Position numbers and translations under genes: made by a program. The notes below the pieces were generated by a model. That model was not told the origin of the DNA. It worked only from the letters and a program-made list of their open reading frames with translations, and made no database searches. Positions 59,482-64,000 of a stretch of DNA of 64,000 nucleotides are shown one piece after another. The stretch lies in IMG/VR virus record IMGVR_UViG_2974646641_000001, positions 9,788 through 73,787 of that record; one strand, 5' to 3'. The stretch's first letter is position 1; each line of letters starts with the position of its first letter. This DNA is from a virus. Taxonomy: Duplodnaviria > Caudoviricetes.

Positions 59482-59616
59482 GTGCTAGTAATTACACCAG
59501 AAAAGGCGTTCCTAATCGCCATGTTGATATTCTCGGTCGTTGGTATGGTTTACGGGCTTTTTAAAATGTTCCCGGCCATCAAAGATAACAAGTTTTTCAG
59601 GTCATTTTTCAAGTAA
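59482..59616 (+). CDS. early small single-TM protein (44 aa)
   Basis: GTG start after AAGGGGTG; FLIAMLIFSVVGMVYGLF. Confidence 0.5.
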   Translation: MLVITPEKAFLIAMLIFSVVGMVYGLFKMFPAIKDNKFFRSFFK

Positions 59617-59706
59617 TAAAAAATCTCAAAAAATTATTGACGAACTCAAAAATACATGTTATATTTAGACCATCAGAAGGAAAGCAAAAAGAAAGGATTT
59701 GTAAAT

Positions 59707-59955
59707 ATGATTGAATTATTATTATACCGTGACGACATGAAATATTATATTACCGAAGAATACACCTTACAACTTGACCGTGACTGGTTAGCTGATTATA
59801 TCAAAAATAGCACCGAATACGCCAATGTAGACGAGTTTTTGGAATTTTACAATAGTGAAGATACTGAAGAGATTATCAATACACTGGACGATATGAACGA
59901 ACCTTACACGTTAGAAAAAACCGGCCGCTATTGTGATTGCGATGATTTGCTATGA
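59707..59955 (+). CDS. early very acidic protein
   Basis: own promoter; GAAAGGA RBS; D/E-rich. Confidence 0.7.
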   Translation: MIELLLYRDDMKYYITEEYTLQLDRDWLADYIKNSTEYANVDEFLEFYNSEDTEEIINTLDDMNEPYTLEKTGRYCDCDDLL

Positions 59956-60150
59956 AAATCAAAAAAATAAATTTTAAAAAGTTGTTGACTGACTGAAAAA
60001 TACATGTTATATTATAACCATCAAAAGAAATGAAAGAAGATGACACATGAAAGAAAATCAAAAATAAATTCAAAAAATTGTTGACAAGGATTTTAACGCA
60101 TGATATATTATAAACATAGAAAAGCAAAAGAAAAAGAAAGGTTGATAAAT

Positions 60151-60675
60151 ATGATTAAGGTAAATTTTAACGACATGACAAACGCAGACTACAAAGCACT
60201 TTTGGACAATAACAGCGTAGTTGATAAACTGATTCAGTTCACTACTGAAGAAACTAGCCTGATGATTAATGATTGGTTAGATATTTTGGACGGGGTAGGC
60301 GATTATAGCTTGTCAGATTCCAGCCAATACAATTACATGTATATTTGCAATTCATATCGCTTCTTACAAAGTGCTTTAGACGTACAAAAGGAATATTACT
60401 TATTAGATGATGACATGGCCGAAAAAGCACAAAAGGCCATGGACAACTACGAAAACTCGGAACTTGACCCAGAAGATGACGACAAGTTAGACGAGGCCGC
60501 CGAAAAGGTTGCGAACGCCCTTGTAAAGTTCGCACAAGCACAATACGATGGCGCAATGGAAGATGATTACTTGATTGAAGCTATGAAAGAATATGAAGCG
60601 CTGAATACGCTTTACGGTGATGACGGCTTTTATAACCGTGAAAACAATCGAATTTATTACATGTTGATGGATTAA
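60151..60675 (+). CDS. early very acidic protein
   Basis: own promoter; D/E-rich helical sequence. Confidence 0.75.
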   Translation: MIKVNFNDMTNADYKALLDNNSVVDKLIQFTTEETSLMINDWLDILDGVGDYSLSDSSQYNYMYICNSYRFLQSALDVQKEYYLLDDDMAEKAQKAMDNYENSELDPEDDDKLDEAAEKVANALVKFAQAQYDGAMEDDYLIEAMKEYEALNTLYGDDGFYNRENNRIYYMLMD

Positions 60676-60753
60676 AATTTTTAAAAAAAGCTTGACAATT
60701 TAGATTGTAGGATATATACTTGAATCATTAAATAAGCAAAGGGGTTTTGCATT

Positions 60754-61092
60754 ATGAATAAAACAGTATTAACTTTAATTGAACGGGCAGGACGCAAAGG
60801 TATGGCAAAGATTAACGCATACTATACAGATTGGTATGGTAACAGTGAAAAAACTGAAAAATACCGAGTGGTTAACAATGGTAACGAGTGGTCTTTATAT
60901 CACTACGACACATTGACCGCAACTGTTAAAAACGGTATTGGTAAAGTTGTTTGGGGTCAAAGTCGTTCAGACCTTGAATCAATCCAAACATTTTTAATCG
61001 AACTAACTGGCAAAGCCCCAGAAATGCACTATTATCCATCAAAAGAAGTCTTTCAAGTTTTGGAAGATGGCAAAGTTGTTCAATCATTTTAA
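60754..61092 (+). CDS. early hypothetical protein
   Basis: own TTGACA-TATACT promoter; AAGGGG RBS. Confidence 0.75.
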   Translation: MNKTVLTLIERAGRKGMAKINAYYTDWYGNSEKTEKYRVVNNGNEWSLYHYDTLTATVKNGIGKVVWGQSRSDLESIQTFLIELTGKAPEMHYYPSKEVFQVLEDGKVVQSF

Positions 61093-61159
61093 AAAATCCT
61101 TGACAACTCAAAAGGTAAAATATATAATTAAGATATAAATTAAAAGAAGGGTGATAGAT

Positions 61160-61408
61160 ATGAAACTTGTAGAAGCATTAGAACAATTACAAAACGATAT
61201 TTTTGACATGGAAGAAACATTTTACTCGGACTTGGGTGGTGACGTTACAGCGGAATATCAATTGATGATAACAAACGCCGGAGCGGTATTAGACGAGTTA
61301 AACATTAACCCAGAAGACTTTGAGAACTATTCAGATTTATATGAAGCAGTTGAAAGTGGATTATATGATTGCGTAGATGGCGGAATTGATGGCGTTGCGC
61401 CATTCTAA
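61160..61408 (+). CDS. early extremely acidic protein
   Basis: about 20 D/E vs 1 K in 82 aa; own promoter. Confidence 0.75.
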   Translation: MKLVEALEQLQNDIFDMEETFYSDLGGDVTAEYQLMITNAGAVLDELNINPEDFENYSDLYEAVESGLYDCVDGGIDGVAPF

Positions 61409-61412
61409 TAAG

Positions 61413-61439
61413 AAAACCGGCTTAATGGCCGGCTTTTTT
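61413..61439 (+). terminator. intrinsic terminator
   Basis: ccggc/gccgg stem + T-run. Confidence 0.75.
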
Positions 61440-61779
61440 ATTACCTTTAATTGATAGCCCTAAAAGCCCTAATTTTGATTTTAACGCCCCTTGCGCGCCC
61501 GTGATTAAATTTTAGCCGTACCCGTGGCTATTTATATTGGATTAGTTTAAAACGCCTAAAACGAGCTTAAAATGGCTTTTAAAGACATACGAAAAAAAAT
61601 AGATTATTTTTGTATTTTGTGTTGACACGGTAACGCCATCTTGTTATTATTATAACCATAGAAAAGCAAAGGACATGGCAATCACAAGAAACAAAAAAAT
61701 AAATTTTAAAAAGTTGTTGACATACGATTGAACAGGGTTTATTATTAAACCATCAAGAAAAGGAAAAGGATTGGTAAAT

Positions 61780-61980
61780 ATGAATATTTATATCAATGGA
61801 AAACGTACCGACTATGAAAACATTTTTGACTTACTGGCAGAAAAAGGCGTTTGCCCGTGGTATTGTGCAAGTACCGAATATATCGGCCGGAAACTTGGAA
61901 AAGTGTTAGACGATTGGGCGAACACCAATAAGACACATTATTTCATTGACGGCAAACGTTATGATTTTGAATTGAAATAA
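61780..61980 (+). CDS. early small protein
   Basis: own promoter; AAAGGA RBS. Confidence 0.65.
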   Translation: MNIYINGKRTDYENIFDLLAEKGVCPWYCASTEYIGRKLGKVLDDWANTNKTHYFIDGKRYDFELK

Positions 61981-62054
61981 ATTTTAAAAAAGTATTGACG
62001 AACATAAACACACATGTTATATTATAACCATAGAAAAGCAAAGGGGAAATAAAT

Positions 62055-62351
62055 ATGAAGACGTTAGCAAGTGAAAAATTAGTAGAAATGATGGCAAACA
62101 ATGAATTGACGGACGAACAATTGGACAATTTAGCAGACTGGAATGTTATTAATGTTGATAACTTACGGCACTGGTTAATCTATAAATTGGCGGACTTGCA
62201 AGATGACCCCACCAGCGTGGATTACGAGCAAACGGTTATCGCACTGGGTGATTTAATCGGGTTCACCGATGATGATTACGTTGTTTACGATGAAGATGGC
62301 GTTAATTGCCTTGATATGGACACTTTGAACGATTCTTTAGGCGTCGAATAA
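62055..62351 (+). CDS. early extremely acidic protein
   Basis: about 24 D/E vs 4 K/R in 98 aa. Confidence 0.75.
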   Translation: MKTLASEKLVEMMANNELTDEQLDNLADWNVINVDNLRHWLIYKLADLQDDPTSVDYEQTVIALGDLIGFTDDDYVVYDEDGVNCLDMDTLNDSLGVE

Positions 62352-62422
62352 AAAGGACTGTAAAAAGGTGATAGTTAAAATGTAATAAAGATAACCAAAC
62401 AAAAAGAAAAGGGGTTTTCAAA

Positions 62423-62851
62423 ATGAAGTTAGTTAAAAAAGTATTGATGGTCGTTGTGATTGCGTTTATCGGGTTGGTTGCATTAGGTGCAACGGGTGAG
62501 AAGCCTCACAGGGTCACAGGGGTGCAATTAACGAGAATCAATCAAGGCAATGCAACGAATATCGGTATTACGAATCCAACGCACAAAACACAGGAATACC
62601 ACGTTATTGTAAGGCGGGCTGGTCAAAAGGCAATCAAGTTTAACACATACGTTTCAGCGGGTGAAACGGTTGAACTATATACAACGAAACGGAATAACGG
62701 CGGTATTCTACTAACAAACAAAGTGCCGAATAAGTTCACCGTAACGGCCTACCGAATGAGTGCCAAGCAAAGCAAGCAAGAAGCAAAGCATGGATATGTT
62801 AACGCCGGTATTAAATGGACAAAGCACCAAATTACTAATGAAGATAAATAA
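62423..62851 (+). CDS. early membrane-anchored/secreted basic beta-rich protein
   Basis: N-terminal TM/signal KKVLMVVVIAFIGLVALGA. Confidence 0.7.
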   Translation: MKLVKKVLMVVVIAFIGLVALGATGEKPHRVTGVQLTRINQGNATNIGITNPTHKTQEYHVIVRRAGQKAIKFNTYVSAGETVELYTTKRNNGGILLTNKVPNKFTVTAYRMSAKQSKQEAKHGYVNAGIKWTKHQITNEDK

Positions 62852-62930
62852 AAATTGATATTAAGGGTTGTAATTTATTATCAAGCATGTTATATTATAA
62901 CCATAGAAAAAAAGAAAAGGAATGGTAAAT

Positions 62931-63296
62931 ATGAAACTAATTGACGCAGTATTAAACAATGTAACTCGGTACGATAATTTTGAGGATTTTAGTTGTTACC
63001 ATGATGATATTACGCGGGACGAATGGCAAGAGTATTGTGATGATGGCTGGGCTGGTGAATTAACGCCGGGAACTTATAACGGCGCTACAAAGAAGTTTAC
63101 AAGAGTTAGCAAGTTAACCGATGACGATATTATTAACGCCATCAAGTCGGACATTGCGGACGATGAATTTATTAACATTTCATTGCAAGAGTTTTACCCA
63201 GACAAACCAAACACCCCAGACGTGCAAGCATTGGTGTATACGGAAGCATACGAGGTGTTCACGATTGGCGAACGATTGTTCGCAGATAAAGGCTAA
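62931..63296 (+). CDS. early very acidic protein
   Basis: own promoter with conserved leader; D/E-rich. Confidence 0.7.
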   Translation: MKLIDAVLNNVTRYDNFEDFSCYHDDITRDEWQEYCDDGWAGELTPGTYNGATKKFTRVSKLTDDDIINAIKSDIADDEFINISLQEFYPDKPNTPDVQALVYTEAYEVFTIGERLFADKG

Positions 63297-63315
63297 ATAA
63301 TTGAATCAGACGAGT

Positions 63316-63346
63316 AACGGCACTGTTAATCAGTTGCCGTTTTTTT
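63316..63346 (+). terminator. intrinsic terminator ending the early block
   Basis: aacggca-ctg/cag-t-tgccgtt stem + T-run. Confidence 0.8.
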
Positions 63347-63584
63347 GTGCGCTATTTTTTGTGTATGGCCGCCTTTGATAACGCCATGAGAAGCCACGAG
63401 AAGCTATAAGAAGCCACGATAGTCTATGCAAGGCAACTACATTATAGCCAGTCAAAAAGCGTTAGGCGAACTGTTAGGGGCTTTATATTGGATTAGTGTT
63501 TGCCCCGTGTGGTCGTGTTATGGTTGTCTGTACACTGTAATGGCGTTGTGATTGTATTAACCCCCACCGGTTGCATGTGATTGG

Positions 63585-63812
63585 TTCTGTGTTCTGTGAG
63601 CTGTGTTGTGTGAGCTATGGATTGTCTTGCTTTATGTTGGTGTTGTGAACTGTGAACTGTGTTCTGTGTGTTGTGTGTTAGTGTTGTTGTGTTGTGTTAT
63701 ATCTTGCATGTTGTGTGTGTTGTATTGTGTTGTATTGTTGATGAGTTGTGTTGTGTTGTGTTGTTGTGTTGTTTGTCTTGGTATGATGGTCGTTGGTCGT
63801 GCTGGTCGTGGC
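63585..63812. repeat. GT-rich low-complexity array (TTGTG)n-like followed by 3x TGGTCGT
   Basis: near absence of A and C on the + strand; pentamer periodicity. Confidence 0.85.
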
Positions 63813-64000
63813 ATTACCATCACCGAACCGCAATCAAATGCCAATATCAAAACGGTTCGCACTGATTAATTGGAATGCTTATAAAATAAAAAATTTTCAT
63901 AATTTAGAAAAAGTTTGAAAAAAGTTTACTGGTTTTTGTATGTAAGACTGCTTGAACTTTGGCAATTTTTGGTGTGATTTGGTGATGGTTTTAGATTGGT

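Noticed and set aside
59645-60010. TACAT within early promoters (AATACATGTTATATT)
   Set aside because: It lies upstream of the -10 box as part of the extended TG motif and is absent from sister promoters, so it is not counted as a processing site
63603-63869. ORFs 63603-63869, 63632-63862, 63659-63865
   Set aside because: Translations of the GT array; no RBS or plausible composition
1-64000. tRNA genes
   Set aside because: No T-loop GTTCGA(A)TC cloverleaf found by eye; tRNAscan-SE needed to exclude them formally

Overview
64 kb from a large, apparently virulent siphophage of lactic acid bacteria. Gene content and order resemble Lactiplantibacillus phages of the ATCC8014-B2/Lenus/Maenad type; this assignment is inference. 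Layout: (i) + strand late operon 1-21.6 kb: head-tail and tail genes, tape measure, Dit, Tal, fibre, BppU, signal-peptide endolysin, two holin-like genes, tyrosine recombinase. (ii) - strand middle block 21.6-41.7 kb: DnaE-type polymerase, five free-standing NUMOD4-HNH endonucleases, secreted LysM-transglycosylase, antitoxin-less MazF operon, NrdH, PnuC, phosphoesterase, Sak4-like ATPase, SSB and an ORF-free ~820 nt structured RNA candidate. (iii) + strand middle block 41.9-57.1 kb: dNK, helicase, primase, RecJ, MazG, stand-alone degenerate Hint protein, YopX/DUF1642 paralogues, TK. (iv) Early host-takeover-like region 58.2-63.3 kb of promoter+small-gene cassettes, bracketed by mirror-polarity CA-rich and GT-rich arrays. 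Most notable hypothesis: the phage carries an orphan EndoA-type MazF (Firmicute homologues cut U^ACAU). Four late-operon spacers each hold a strong hairpin followed by TACAT, 26-46 nt before the next start codon, while TACAT looks depleted in late coding DNA. This suggests programmed processing of late mRNA. All motif counts were made by eye and all family calls are from remembered motifs; no searches were run.
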